A stretch of 63,744 bases of DNA, filler included, from Octopus bimaculoides (Eukaryota): NCBI RefSeq assembly GCF_001194135.2. It is 9 parts of 8 records of this genome, joined end to end, with 100 filler letters (N's around TTAATTAATTAA, not from the genome) between each part and the next. Parts side by side here need not be neighbours in the genome. Positions count along the whole stretch, not along the records: positions 11,814 to 22,793 come from NC_068986.1; positions 22,894 to 30,599 come from NC_068992.1; 7 more parts are not named here. The stretch is one strand, 5' to 3'. Under the pieces are notes generated by a model. It ran no database searches, had not been told where the DNA came from, and saw nothing but the letters and a program-made list of their open reading frames with translations. This document shows, one piece after another, positions 11,979 to 24,434 of this stretch. A program made the position numbers and the translations under genes. How positions within the stretch are numbered: position 1 is the first letter of the stretch; each line of letters begins with the position of its first letter.

Positions 11979-12859
11979 ATATATACACATATATATAGGT
12001 TAGAGGTTAAAATAACCGCCCAAGGGATAAAAGTATCCATTATACTACTGGTGTCATACTTATGTCTAAACATGGGCAAGCATATTAATTATAGGTAAAA
12101 CAAATTATAGGTAAAGACAAGGATAAACAGGAGGTTATTAGGAATCGAAATTAAAAAAGAAAACAGAAAATTGAGATAATATTGATGAACAACAATTGAT
12201 TTACATTATAATTTATTAATTAATTAGCAGAAATATCCAGCTTTGCCTGGATTAAAGAATATAATGAAATTTGAAAATGCCTTTTAGATCTCTAACATGA
12301 CACATGGATTATGCAGTTCTCAACAGTAATTAGCTGAGGTACAAACTATTAATGTCAATAACATATTGTGTCCAATNNNNNNNNNNNNNNNNNNNNNNNN
12401 NNNNNNNNNNNNNNNNNNNNNNNNNNNNNNNNNNNNNNNNNNNNNNNNNNNNNNNNNNNNNNNNNNNNNNNNNNNNNNNNNNNNNNNNNNNNNNNNNNNN
12501 NNNNNNNNNNNNNNNNNNNNNNNNNNNNNNNNNNNNNNNNNNNNNNNNNNNNNNNNNNNNNNNNNNNNNNNNNNNNNNNNNNNNNNNNNNNNNNNNNNNN
12601 NNNNNNNNNNNNNNNNNNNNNNNNNNNNNNNNNNNNNNNNNNNNNNNNNNNNNNNNNNNNNNNNNNNNNNNNNNNNNNNNNNNNNNNNNNNNNNNNNNNN
12701 NNNNNNNNNNNNNNNNNNNNNNNNNNNNNNNNNNNNNNNNNNNNNNNNNNNNNNNNNNNNNNNNNNNNNNNNNNNNNNNNNNNNNNNNNNNNNNNNNNNN
12801 NNNNNNNNNNNNNNNNNNNNNNNNNNNNNNNNNNNNNNNNNNNNNNNNNNNNNTTCTGT

Positions 12860-13205
12860 GCCTCTGATTAAAATTTTTGAAAAACAAATCCAGCCACATT
12901 ACTTGGAAAAAAAAAAATCTTTATTGTGCTGGTTTTTCGTAAAATTTCGCGCATGGGAAAGGCAACAAAATCGCCCCTCCCCACTTTGAATGGGATATTC
13001 CTATTTTAAAAAGTAATAATCGATTATCTCGGTAACCATGGGAGTTGGAGGGCAATAAAAATCTCCTGAACATGAGCGGACCATGCTGCCGCTCTGTGCT
13101 GAATTTCACGCGATTCCACTGCACCGTTCTCGAGTGAATCTGCCGACACTCAATCAATCAATCAATCAAGCAATCAAGAACACTGCAATTTATAGTATAG
13201 ATTAC
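12860..13205 (+). mobile_element. Possible Helitron/Helentron-type non-autonomous element with (CAAT)n tract
   Basis: AATTTCACGCGATTCCACTGCACCGTTCTCGAG loosely resembles the 21580-21615 motif; followed by a tetranucleotide repeat and a TTTATAGTATAGAT end. Confidence 0.3.
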
Positions 13206-13680
13206 AAAATGACTGCACCCCATCTAACAGCTGTTTTTGTCTTCAATATTGTTTGGTATCACCACGGTTATGCTTTAAAATATTTATCATAGTTGGTAAT
13301 AAAACCGATTTGAAACATGGAGCTTCATCAGAGTGGAAAGTGAATACATATATAAAAAGAAGAGGCTAAGATAAAAGAAGGAAAGGTTGAATAAGGTGAA
13401 GATCAAGCCATGTTGCGTATCTCCCTGAGACGCTAAGTAAATAACTAAACTTAAAAATGGTATTTGGTGGGATAATCCTTTGTTCCTTCATCTTTTCTAG
13501 TCTCTTCCTTTTATTTATGAATTTATTTTTCACTCTTATGAAGCTCCATGTTTCAAATCGGTTTTATTACCAACTATGATAAATATTTTTTTTTAGCATA
13601 ACAAAGGTGATACCAAACAACATTGGAAGAAGAAACAATTGTTAAGTGGGATATAATCTTTTTGTAATTAACTTATAAAT
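13190..13680. repeat. ~490-bp fold-back (long inverted repeat), MITE-like
   Basis: Left arm TTTGGTATCACC...AATATTTATCATAGTTGGTAATAAAACCGATTTGAAACATGGAGCTTCAT pairs with right arm ATGAAGCTCCATGTTTCAAATCGGTTTTATTACCAACTATGATAAATATT...GGTGATACCAAA; central spacer about 13400-13480. Confidence 0.9.
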
Positions 13681-14013
13681 AATAATTGATGCAAATCAAT
13701 GGCTGTTCATCAATATAGACCTCCATTGATGCTTGGGAACTGGTCTGCCATTTCATAAGTATATACGTTGGACTCGTAAAACTCTTAGAGCGTGCTTATC
13801 GATGTAAATAATGGCAGAAATATACCTTTAGTTCATATAAGTGATATCTACCATTATATATAATTTGAACAGTGGTTTTCTTCATAGATTTCACTTCCAC
13901 TAGATATATCTTTATCCAAGCCTTGAAACTTTTATTTAATTCACATATCACTCTATATTTTTCATTTATTAGTTTTCTGCTTATTTATTTCCTTTACCCC
14001 TCCTCTTTCTACA

Positions 14014-14064
14014 GGCTACCTTTGACGTTAGGCTACCTTAGACGTTAGGCTACCTTAGACGTTA
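14014..14064. repeat. 17-bp tandem repeat x3 (GGCTACCTTAGACGTTA)
   Basis: Read directly. Confidence 0.95.
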
Positions 14065-14611
14065 TAACCTCTAACAGCTTTAAAAAAAAACTTAATAGCA
14101 TTCCATTCATGATAATACACATCCATCACATTCTGTTAAAATACCTTATTGATGAGTTTGGTTCATTTCTTTCTTTCCCTGATGAGATTACATTGTTTTA
14201 CACTATTTTATTCCTTTGGAATAATACCAATGTTGTCTTCGAAGCATGTGTCGGAAGTAAAAGAATTTGAATAACACCTGCGTTTAACTCCATTTATTCA
14301 TTTATATATATTATACAAAATATTTCACATCAACCTGGAGTTTCTACCTTTACAAACAGGGTGTTACNNNNNNNNNNNNNNNNNNNNNNNNNNNNNNNNN
14401 NNNNNNNNNNNNNNNNNNNNNNNNNNNNNNNNNNNNNNNNNNNNNNNNNNNNNNNNNNNNNNNNNNNNNNNNNNNNNNNNNNNNNNNNNNNNNNNNNNNN
14501 NNNNNNNNNNNNNNNNNNNNNNNNNNNNNNNNNNNNNNNNNNNNNNNNNNNNNNNNNNNNNNNNNNNNNNNNNNNNNNNNNNNNNNNNNNNNNNNNNNNN
14601 NNNNNNNNNNN

Positions 14612-14952
14612 CTGGAGCACCGCCTTTAGTCGAGCAAACCGACCCCAGGACTTATTCTTTGTAAACCTAGTACTTATTCTATCGGTCTCTTTTGCCGAAT
14701 CGCTTTGTTACGGGGATGTAAACACACCAGCATCGGTTGTCAAGCGATGTTGGGGGGACAAACACACACACACATATATATACATATACATATATACGAC
14801 GGGCTTCTTTCAGTTTCCGTCTACCAAATCCACTCACAAGACTTTGGTCGGCCCGAGGCTATAGTAGAAGACACTTGCCTAAGGTGCTACGCAGTGGAAC
14901 TGAACCCGGAACCATGTGGTGGGTAAGCAAGCTACTTACCACACAGGAACTC
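14612..14952 (-). mobile_element. SINE family A copy
   Basis: Reverse complement of family A head, body and tail. Confidence 0.85.
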
Positions 14953-15037
14953 CTGTGGGTACTATTAAATACAATCTTTGAATTGTTATGTATTTCAACC
15001 ATGTACACAACGGCAGGCAAGTCAATATGATATTGAG

Positions 15038-15101
<64 letters not shown>

Positions 15102-15684
15102 ACGTGTGTCTGTGCGCGTATATACAAATGCAAGTAGGTGACGTATATAAATGTTGATTTACAGACACATGCACACACACACAAACACACACACACACGC
15201 ACACACATACATACATACAAAAACACGCACTCATGCGTCATTACTTTCCAAAGCTGCTGGAAAGTCCCAGTGGACATAATTTCACAGCGAATCGCAACAT
15301 ATATGGATGTGCGTCCATATATTATTATTTATAACCCACACTTTATTCAATTATCTGCTATACTCTCAAATTATGGAATGTTATTTTTTTCATCTCTTTA
15401 TAGCGGAACCAGTTAAAAGCTGTAAAACAAGTAACCTTCAGAGATGTATACTGGGAAGAATGTATATAGACAGTTCATGCAGGTAATATTAAATAAGTCT
15501 TTGAATTGTCATGTATTTCAGCCACTATACAACGGCAGGTAAGTCAATATGATATTGAGCTAACAGCTATCAAAATAACGTAAGTGAAGGGATCACGGTC
15601 AAAATGATAATTAGTGATAAATCAGCCCACACGGTTTGCTATCACAGCTATTCTGTAAACCACGTGGTTTTAAATTTTGGCACA

Positions 15685-15890
15685 AAGCCTGCAAGTTTGG
15701 GGTAAGGTTAAGGTAAGTCGATTACATTGACCTCAGTGCTCAACTAGTACTTATTTTATTGACCCCAAAAGGATGAAAGCAAAGTTGACCTCGGCGGAAT
15801 TTGAACTCAGAAGGTAAAGATGGACGAAGTACCGCTAAGCATTTTGTTCGGTGTGCAAACGATTTTGCCTGCAGGCCGCCTAAGCACGGG
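15685..15890 (-). mobile_element. tRNA-derived SINE, family B
   Basis: Reverse complement of core GAGTTCAAATTCCGCCGAGGTCrACTTTGCyTTTCATCCTTT.GGGGTCrATAAA.TAAGTAC. Confidence 0.8.
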
Positions 15891-16234
15891 AAGAAATATT
15901 AAAAAATATAGGAAAGATAATGTTGCACTAAGGTCGTCAGGTGTTCAGCATTATCAAAACATGGAAATCGATTGGGTGTTTTCAATCTCGTGTGTAAACT
16001 AAAATAACCAAATGGAAAATGCATACAAGATGAAAAAGAACAAAACAAAAACAAAGAACAAAAGAAAAAAACAAAAACATATATATGCCAAATATTGTTA
16101 TCAGTCTCTTGTAAGTTAACGATACATCAACAAAAGCATTTAGATCACATAGACAAAACTACATTAGATAGAAAAGCACTGTAAGTTGACTTGGACTAAA
16201 TAATAACAACAGCGAAAACACATACTCATACTCA

Positions 16235-16427
16235 TTTACTTGTTTCAGTCATTTGACTGCGGCCATGCTGCAGCACCGCCTTTAGTCGAGCAAATCGACC
16301 CCAGGGCTTATTCTTTGTAAACCTAGAACTTATTCTATCGGTGTCTTTTACCGAACCGCTAAGTTACGGGGACGTAAACACACCAGCATCGGTTGTCAAG
16401 CGATGTTGGGGGGACAAACACAGACAC

Positions 16428-16460
<33 letters not shown>
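16235..16460 (-). mobile_element. SINE family A, 3' half (rest in gap)
   Basis: TTTACTTGTTTCAGTCATTTGACTGCGGCCATGCTG...GTTGTCAAGCGATGTTGGGGGGACAAAC. Confidence 0.85.
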
Positions 16461-17167
16461 NNNNNNNNNNNNNNNNNNNNNNNNNNNNNNNNNNNNNNNN
16501 NNNNNNNNNNNNNNNNNNNNNNNNNNNNNNNNNNNNNNNNNNNNNNNNNNNNNNNNNNNNNNNNNNNNNNNNNNNNNNNNNNNNNNNNNNNNNNNNNNNN
16601 NNNNNNNNNNNNNNNNNNNNNNNNNNNNNNNNNNNNNNNNNNNNNNNNNNNNNNNNNNNNNNNNNNNNNNNNNNNNNNNNNNNNNNNNNNNNNNNNNNNN
16701 NNNNNNNNNNNNNNNNNNNNNNNNNNNNNNNNNNNNNNNNNNNNNNNNNNNNNNNNNNNNNNNNNNNNNNNNNNNNNNNNNNNNNNNNNNNNNNNNNNNN
16801 NNNNNNNNNNNNNNNNNNNNNNNNNNNNNNNNNNNNNNNNNNNNNNNNNNNNNNNNNNNNNNNNNNNNNNNNNNNNNNNNNNNNNNNNNNNNNNNNNNNN
16901 NNNNNNNNNNNNNNNNNNNNNNNNNNNNNNNNNNNNNNNNNNNNNNNNNNNNNNNNNNNNNNNNNNNNNNNNNNNNNNNNNNNNNNNNNNNNNNNNNNNN
17001 NNNNNNNNNNNNNNNNNNNNNNNNNNNNNNNNNNNNNNNNNNNNNNNNNNNNNNNNNNNNNNNNNNNNNNNNNNNNNNNNNNNNNNNNNNNNNNNNNNNN
17101 NNNNNNNNNNNNNNNNNNNNNNNNNNNNNNNNNNNNNNNNNNNNNNNNNNNNNNNNNNNNNNNNNNN

Positions 17168-17480
17168 TGAGTGTTTATTGAGCGAAAACACCTAAAGCTC
17201 CACGAGGCTCCGGCAGGGGATGGTGGCGAACCCTGCTGTACACTTTCACCACAACTTACTCTCACTCTTACTTCCTGTTTCTGTTGTGCCTGTAATTCAA
17301 AGGGTCAGCCTTGTCACACTGTGTCACGCTGAATATCCCCGAGAACTGCGTCAAGGGTACACGTGTCTGTGGAGTGCTCAGCCACTTGCACGTTAATTTC
17401 ACGAGCAGGCTGTTCCGTTGATCTGATCAACTGGAACCCTCGACGTCGTAAGCAACAGAGTGCCAACAACAAGAACAACA
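17168..17480 (+). mobile_element. SINE family C (cephalopod-type), long subfamily
   Basis: Core AATTCAAAGGG.CAGCCTTGTCACAC...GTCTGTGGAGTGCTCAGCCACTTGCACGTTAATTTCACGAGCAGGCTGTTCCGTTGAT shared with 22905, 49300 and 52060. Confidence 0.8.
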
Positions 17481-18007
17481 TAGTAATATATACACCAGCA
17501 TACTGTACAAAATTCTTTTCACCAACTTTAATATGTACCCACACCCATACTATATTATTGAATTATTGAGATAAGGATGGCGGTTCAGGGCTGTGATTTT
17601 TCTGAACTCTTCTGGAGTAGTGAGATCAATGATGTGCAGTTAAAATATCTGTGGATCGATGTCCTGAAGAAGTTGAGGTGAGGGTGAGAATTCTACAAAT
17701 TGTTATTTCTGGGGGAGTCTGCAAAGTATTAGTGCAGTTTGTGAAGGATGAGATATATTACAGGAATAAAAATGGGATGCGTCGAATGGACTTGGATGAA
17801 AGAGAATATGTGACCATATAGTTTAGAAGAGCAGAAACTGTAAGAGTGATAGAAGAAGCAAAGTAGTGAAAAATACATCTGTCAGCTAGTGCTTATAGCG
17901 TGTTCCTAAATGAGTCCTTTTAGATTCTTCGTGTTATTTAGTCCAAACCAGTGCTGATCGTGCCAACGCATCTTCAAAGCACAGTTACCGTGACCTCCTC
18001 GCTTATC

Positions 18008-18048
<41 letters not shown>

Positions 18049-19534
18049 ACGTACGCGTGTATGCATGCATGCATGTATGTANNNNNNNNNNTACGCGTGT
18101 ATGCATGCATGCATGTATGTATGTATGTATGTATGTATGTATGTATGTATGTATGTTTGTATGTATGTATGTAAGAATACAATGTACAATACATCCATCC
18201 TTTTCTTAAGACGGTAAAGTGTGAGTCGAGAGAATTTGGCTGCTATTTTTCACAGGTAAAGCTACATCGCAGAGGTTATTCCGCCTCGTTGGTTAGTCCT
18301 TTTAGAAGTTGTCTCAAGTGCGTGTAACAACTTCGTTTCAGACATGACAGCAGTGCTCCTGTGATGATCTTATTAAGCTTAGTACAGATCAAAAACTGAT
18401 CATGACTGAAATATTTTCTCTCATCATCGAGATATTCAAGCGTTTGAAATGCAAATTTGGTCGCTATCAAAATTTCATAAGACGGTAACCGAGTTTGCAT
18501 TTGTTGAGAAATTTGATTGCATTTCTTAAGCGTAAGTAGATTGTTGTACAAGACTGTTTCTTTGACATGTGTAATAACAGAACATTGGTACAGCCGAAGG
18601 CAGCTAGACTGGCTTGGAATAAGTGTTCACGGTTTGTTTATACGACAGTAAAAGTCGGGAGTGAGATGTCTAGGTCACTCGTATATGTAACCTATATCCG
18701 GGACACTAACTTATACGAGAGATTAATGGAGCCTTTAGAGCGGCGATTCTTAACATTTCACGATTCCAGAACTCCAAAAGTTGATTTATAGATTATGGGT
18801 TTTTTTAAATAGCGAACACTTTCATGACTACTGTTGATACTTTGTGCCTAATATTATTCTCGAAAACTATCTCTTCCGATTCCATACAATAGTAAAATCG
18901 AAGGTTTGGCCTTAGATACATCCAGCTGTTTTTGCGTAAATATATATGCATATACACATACATATGTGTGTGTGGTGTCTGTGATAATATGATTATAAAA
19001 AATGTAGGCCTTAGAGATTCTACAACGTGTGGTAGAGATGCATAAAAGCATGCAGTTATTGCTTTTTGTTGATGTAAACTGCTAATATTATGAAGCTGTT
19101 GTATGGTAATTTAAATATCTTTTCCTTTTTCAGGTATCTTAAAATGATGAAAAATTGTTTATATCAACAAAAGTGTACCGAGCATTATCAACTGTTGGAC
19201 GAGTACTACACTAATGGTTGCCTTAGTAGGTTTTTTATTTATTTAAAGCTTTCAAATATATTATTTAAGAAATGCAATGTATAGTTGAAATAATATTATA
19301 ATTATTAAATTTCTCAGAAAAGCATGACACCTTTTCATTTTGATTTCAACTTCTAAACAGAAATCAAAATAATATTTTTATAAATAGCTTAATTTTAAAT
19401 TGATGTATATATATATANNNNNNNNNNNNNATGTACTTGCATAGCAAGTGACTTGATCTGAGATCGTGTGCTGAAACAAAAACAATTGCAGCGTGGAAGA
19501 TGTTTATAAGCCATTTAAGGACACACAAAAAAAT

Positions 19535-19692
19535 CGTCAGATTCACTTCAACATTTAAATTTAATTTGTGTCAAAATATTTTCGTCGCTTTGAAACCGCG
19601 ACCTGTTCACTGACAAAACTGTGCTTCGTGGTTTCACGGCTAAGAAAATATTTTGACATAAATTAAATTTAAATGTTGAAGTGAATCTGACG
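19535..19692. repeat. 158-bp hairpin with 49-bp arms (48/49 complementary)
   Basis: 19535-19583 vs 19644-19692; inner GAAACCGCGA/TCGTGGTTTC also pair. Confidence 0.92.
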
Positions 19693-20179
19693 GTTAGAAA
19701 TTACTTTCGTATTATTACTTGATAATTGGGCATTTGAGTGTTTGTTATCAGAGGCAGGTCTTCTAATTATTAGTAAATTTAAATTTCTTCTAATCTATAT
19801 TTATAAAATCTAAACATATCAATACTAAAGTGTACCTATCGTCATTTTTTTTAGACACTACTTGTAACAGGAGGGATGTAATTAACTGTAATGGTTCACC
19901 AGCAACTTATACTATAAAAAGTATATGTCAGTAAGTAAATTAATAATATTTAAGTATCTAACTTGACGAATTGTTGATTTTGAAAATTTTTTTATATGCG
20001 TACATAAGATGGCGGGATTTTACTTTCGAAAGAAGTTGAGATTATAAAAATAAGAGTATACATTGACACACACTCTATATGTATACATATATAAAATCTA
20101 TATACGTGCGTGCGTGCGTATAAGCCTATATTATTCTTTTTTAATTTTCTATTAGTTCCAGTTCAATAGCTGGCCTCTT

Positions 20180-20615
20180 TAAGGCAGCGAGCTGGCAGAG
20201 ACGTTAGCACGCCGAAATAAATGCTTAACGGTATTTCGTCTGCCACTGCGTTCTGAGTTCAAATTCCGCCGAGGTCGACTTTGCCTTTCATCCTTTCGGG
20301 GTCGATAAATTAAGTACCAGTTACGCACTGGGGTCGATATAATCGACTTAATCCGTTTGTCTGTCCTTGTTTGTCTCCTCTTTGTGTAGCCCCTTGTGGG
20401 TAATAAAGAAATAAGAAACGTTAGCATGCCGGGCGAAATGCTTAGCGGTATTTCATCTTTCTTTACGTTTCGAGTTCAAATTCAGCCGAGGTCGACTTTC
20501 TCTTTCATCCTTTCGGGGGTCGATAAATTAAGTATCAGTTGCGTACTGAGGTTGATCTAATCGACTGCCCCCTCCTCACAAATTTCGGGCTTTGTGCCTA
20601 GAGTAGAAAAGAATA
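20180..20615 (+). mobile_element. SINE family B, dimeric copy
   Basis: Full unit 20180-20420, linker AATAAAGAAATAAGAA, then a second unit lacking the 5'-most head. Confidence 0.85.
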
Positions 20616-21177
20616 GCTGGCCTCTTTCTGTAGTTAGGTTTTGTTGAATGAGAGAGTATGATTTTACTGTCCTCAGTTGCGTTCTTGCGCATATGTGTCT
20701 GTGTACGCATGTATATTGTATATACATACATACGTATTTTTTACCCGTCTACATTTATTTACCCTCCCTTTCATAAACATGTACTTTACTTAAGATGCTA
20801 CGCGCTCCAATATAATATACACACTGCTCATGTTACAGAGACAGCGTATTGATATTCATTGAGTTCGAATATTAACTCCATTGATATCATCAGTCTGGGG
20901 TAGAGTCTAAAAAATGGTATGAGTTTTATCTCCTCCCCTATAACTAAGTAATCCTTTCTACTATAGGCACAAGGTCTGAAATTTGTGGGAAAAGGTCTAA
21001 TCGACTACATCAACACCAGTGCTCAACTGGTAATTATTTCAGTCACCTCGATAAGCTGAAAGGCAAACTCGACCTCGACCCTATAACTAAATTTTAAAAA
21101 GAACTGCCGCGATTAAAATTCCGAAAGTAGTAGTATGCAATCTTCCATATCTAAAGCTTACTACTACTGCTACTAAC

Positions 21178-21695
21178 AACAAGAGCACTCAGAGAGCGCA
21201 AACCTCCACCAATCACGCGCGAGTCGTCTTAACAACAATTTTGAACAGCAACAAAACAATTTTAACAACAGACAGTCTCAAAAAGAAAGCCCTCAACAAT
21301 CAAACTGTAGTCAAAAATGACGAGATTCAAACAAACAAGTTGCTACTCTGAGACAGCAATGTCCTCTCAACGATTAGCCAGAGATGATTTTTAAAATGAG
21401 AATATCTGAAATAAACTCAACTGCTCTCACAAACGAGAATACTAAAAATAAACGCGACCGCTCTTAATAATTAAGTAAAAAAAAACAGGAAAAAAAAAAT
21501 CCAGAATCCTTGTCCAATACCGGATCGATCCCCAAATCTAATCAGTCCGTGCCAGTCACGAGGCCAAACATCTCTGAAAGTTTCAGCCGAATCCATCCAG
21601 CAGTTCTTGAGACATCTTGTTCACAGACAAACAAATAAACAAACAAATACGACTGAAAAACAATGCCTCCGCCTTCGCTGAGGTGGAAGTAATAA
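21178..21695 (+). mobile_element. Helentron-associated MITE (HINE / DINE-1 / Pearl-like)
   Basis: 5' subterminal CCTCCACC (21203) inverted to 3' GGTGGAAG; internal (CAAA)n tract; terminal hairpin CCTCCGCCT-TCGCTG-AGGTGGAAG at about 21666-21689; A/T-rich flanks. Confidence 0.6.
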
Positions 21696-22616
21696 CGGAA
21701 TTTGTTTTTTAAGCTTAAAAACGGTTTTTATTTTACCATGGCTTATTGCAAACCACATTCATAAATAAAGCGTCCGCGATGTACGGTAAACACCGCCAAA
21801 TTGTTTTCGTAAATTTAGATTACTTTTTTTTAGTGTACTGTATTAAAAAACAGAAGTTATTCATTTGTAAGCTGATAATAGGTTTTTATTAATCATGTAT
21901 CATTGAAAATGCATTCATAAATAAAGTACAGAACTGGGAATGGTTATTATCGGTTTAGCCTAGAGACAAATAAATTCGGCCTAGCCTAGCCTAGGGACAA
22001 GTTAATTCGACTTAAGTCTTTTTTAGACTTATGTGGTGTCTCCTGGAACCAATTAACGACGTAGGGTGAGGTATGCTTGTGTAGATTTGGTTTTGCTATT
22101 ATTTTTATTATTATCAGTACCATTAAGGCCGCCTTCACTTTATTGTTATTGTTGTTGAAACTATTATTGTGATCTTACTTTTGTATTTGTTTTTGTGTCA
22201 CTGCAACAATGTATGTTGCCGGAAATCTAATGAATTGATTGGTGGTAATAGACATAGTAAACCTGAGGAAACCCAAGGAAATCCAACAGCGTTTGATCGC
22301 ATTTCACCTGAAGAGGTACCAATACGCAGCTGTCGCTGAAAAATATTTATATTTATAGTTATTCTAAAGAATAATCTTATATAATGATATATAAATATCA
22401 ACTCAGCAACTTAAAGATGGTATTTGGTGCAGAAACAAATGTGATTTACTATTTTCCATCTTCGTGTGTTATTTTTCTTATATTAATCCTGTACAATAGC
22501 AGAGTTCCACGTGTTTGTCCTGCTTTGAAGAATATTCTACTGTAGGATGGTATGCGGTACCGATAATAGTTTACAGTATAGGGCTTTTAAATGCGCGTTA
22601 TGAGGTTCTTACCCAG

Positions 22617-22793
22617 ATTATATTATATTATATTATATTATATTGTATCGTATCGTATCGTATCGTATCGTATCGTATCGTATCGTATCCTATCCTATCC
22701 TATCCTATCCTATCCTATCCTATCCTATCCTATCCTATCCTATCCTATCCTATCCTATCCTATCCTATCCTATCCTATCCTATCCTATCCTAT
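22617..22793. repeat. Compound pentanucleotide microsatellite (ATTAT)n-(ATCGT)n-(ATCCT)n
   Basis: Read directly; in-register transitions between the three units. Confidence 0.95.
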
Positions 22794-22904
22794 NNNNNNN
22801 NNNNNNNNNNNNNNNNNNNNNNNNNNNNNNNNNNNNNTTAATTAATTAANNNNNNNNNNNNNNNNNNNNNNNNNNNNNNNNNNNNNNNNNNNNATATATT
22901 GTTA

Positions 22905-23212
22905 TGTTGTTGTTAGCATTCTGTCGCTTACGACGTCGAGGGTTCCAGTTAATCCAATCAACGGAACAGCCTGCTCCTGAAATTAACGTGCAAGTGGCTG
23001 AGCACTCCACAGACACGTGTACCCTTAACGTAGTTCTCGGGGATATTCAGCCTGACACAGTGTGACAAGGCAGACCCTTTCAATTACAGGCACAACAGAA
23101 ACAGGAAGTAAGAGTGAGAGAAAGTTGTGGTGAAAGAGTACAGCAGGGTTCGCCACCATCCCCTGCCGGAGCCTCGTGGTGCTTTAGCTACTTTCGCTCA
23201 ATAAACAGTCTC
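22905..23212 (-). mobile_element. SINE family C, long subfamily
   Basis: Near-exact reverse complement of 17168-17480. Confidence 0.85.
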
Positions 23213-23454
23213 AAGGTATTGTTCCGGATTCAGTCCCACTGCGTGGCACGTCACTTTGTTTGTCCCCTGGCCATGGCTTGACTGATAGACTAAGACCTAG
23301 CCTTACAAAGAATAAGTCCTGCCCGCAGTCAAATAACTGAATCAAGTAAAAGAATGAAACACACACGCACACATAGACGTACGTATAGGGTTGCAGACAT
23401 ACGCTTCTAATAAAATGTTAATATATTGTATTATATAAATATATGTGAACACAT

Positions 23455-23670
23455 ATGAAGGCTCTGCGAGCTGACAGAATCGTTTGCACGCCGGGCGCGG
23501 TGCTTAACCGTATATCGGTCCTCGCTACGTTTTGAGTTCAAATTTCACCGTGGTCGACTTTTCATTTCATCTTTTCTGGGACGATAAATTAGGTATCAGT
23601 TGCTTACTGGGGTCGATGAATTCGAAAACCCCCTCACCCAAAGTTCAGTCCTTGTTCCTATAGTAGAAAG
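23455..23670 (+). mobile_element. SINE family B copy
   Basis: GCGAGCTGACAGAATCGTTTGCACGCCGGGCG...GAGTTCAAATTTCACCGTGGTCGACTTT. Confidence 0.75.
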
Positions 23671-24434
23671 GATATGTAAACCCATATCTAATATACAAGT
23701 GTATGTGTGTGTCATTTTTTTTTTCGTTTATTTTGATCTATTTCAAATACATTATTGCGCTAAACAAGTAAAATTCCTATTCGTTATTGTCGAGCATTTT
23801 GTCACTATTTACGCAAGGAAACGCATATGTAATTATATATACTATTTTTCTTTAAATGGTATTAGCATTAACCGTTATCCTTTTTCGACGAAGAATTTTC
23901 TAGCTTCTGCAAGTATATTCCATTAATGATTAATTAATTTCTGTTCCTATCTTATTACTTTGTTTCATTTATTCTCCTATTTTGTCAATTCCTTTCTTTT
24001 CCCCGCTCCGTATATTATGAATATTTCTTATTAGTCTTTCTACTAGTGTTGATCTAACGTCTGAATTTTTTTTTAACTGAAACTCTACGCGCGCGTGCGT
24101 GTGTGTGTGCATGTATTTCGATGATCACACGCCCCCTGTGACCTTAATCTACTAAATCTATATAATTAATCTACTAAATAGCTACATATATCAGTCTACA
24201 TATTTTGCTTGGCACCGTCTCTTTCCTGTGTTTTTGTCAGTTAGTAATACAGGTTACTGTCTTATCGCTGAATAAATTTGCCGGATATCGACTTTATTCT
24301 AATATTATCCCTCTTTCTCACCTCCACCCATTAACAGTCTAAATTATAGCCACTCTCCAATAGAAGATTGAATATAATGAATATGTCCACCTCATGTAGT
24401 TAGCGAACTGTTTGGCTTATAGCTCAATATACAA

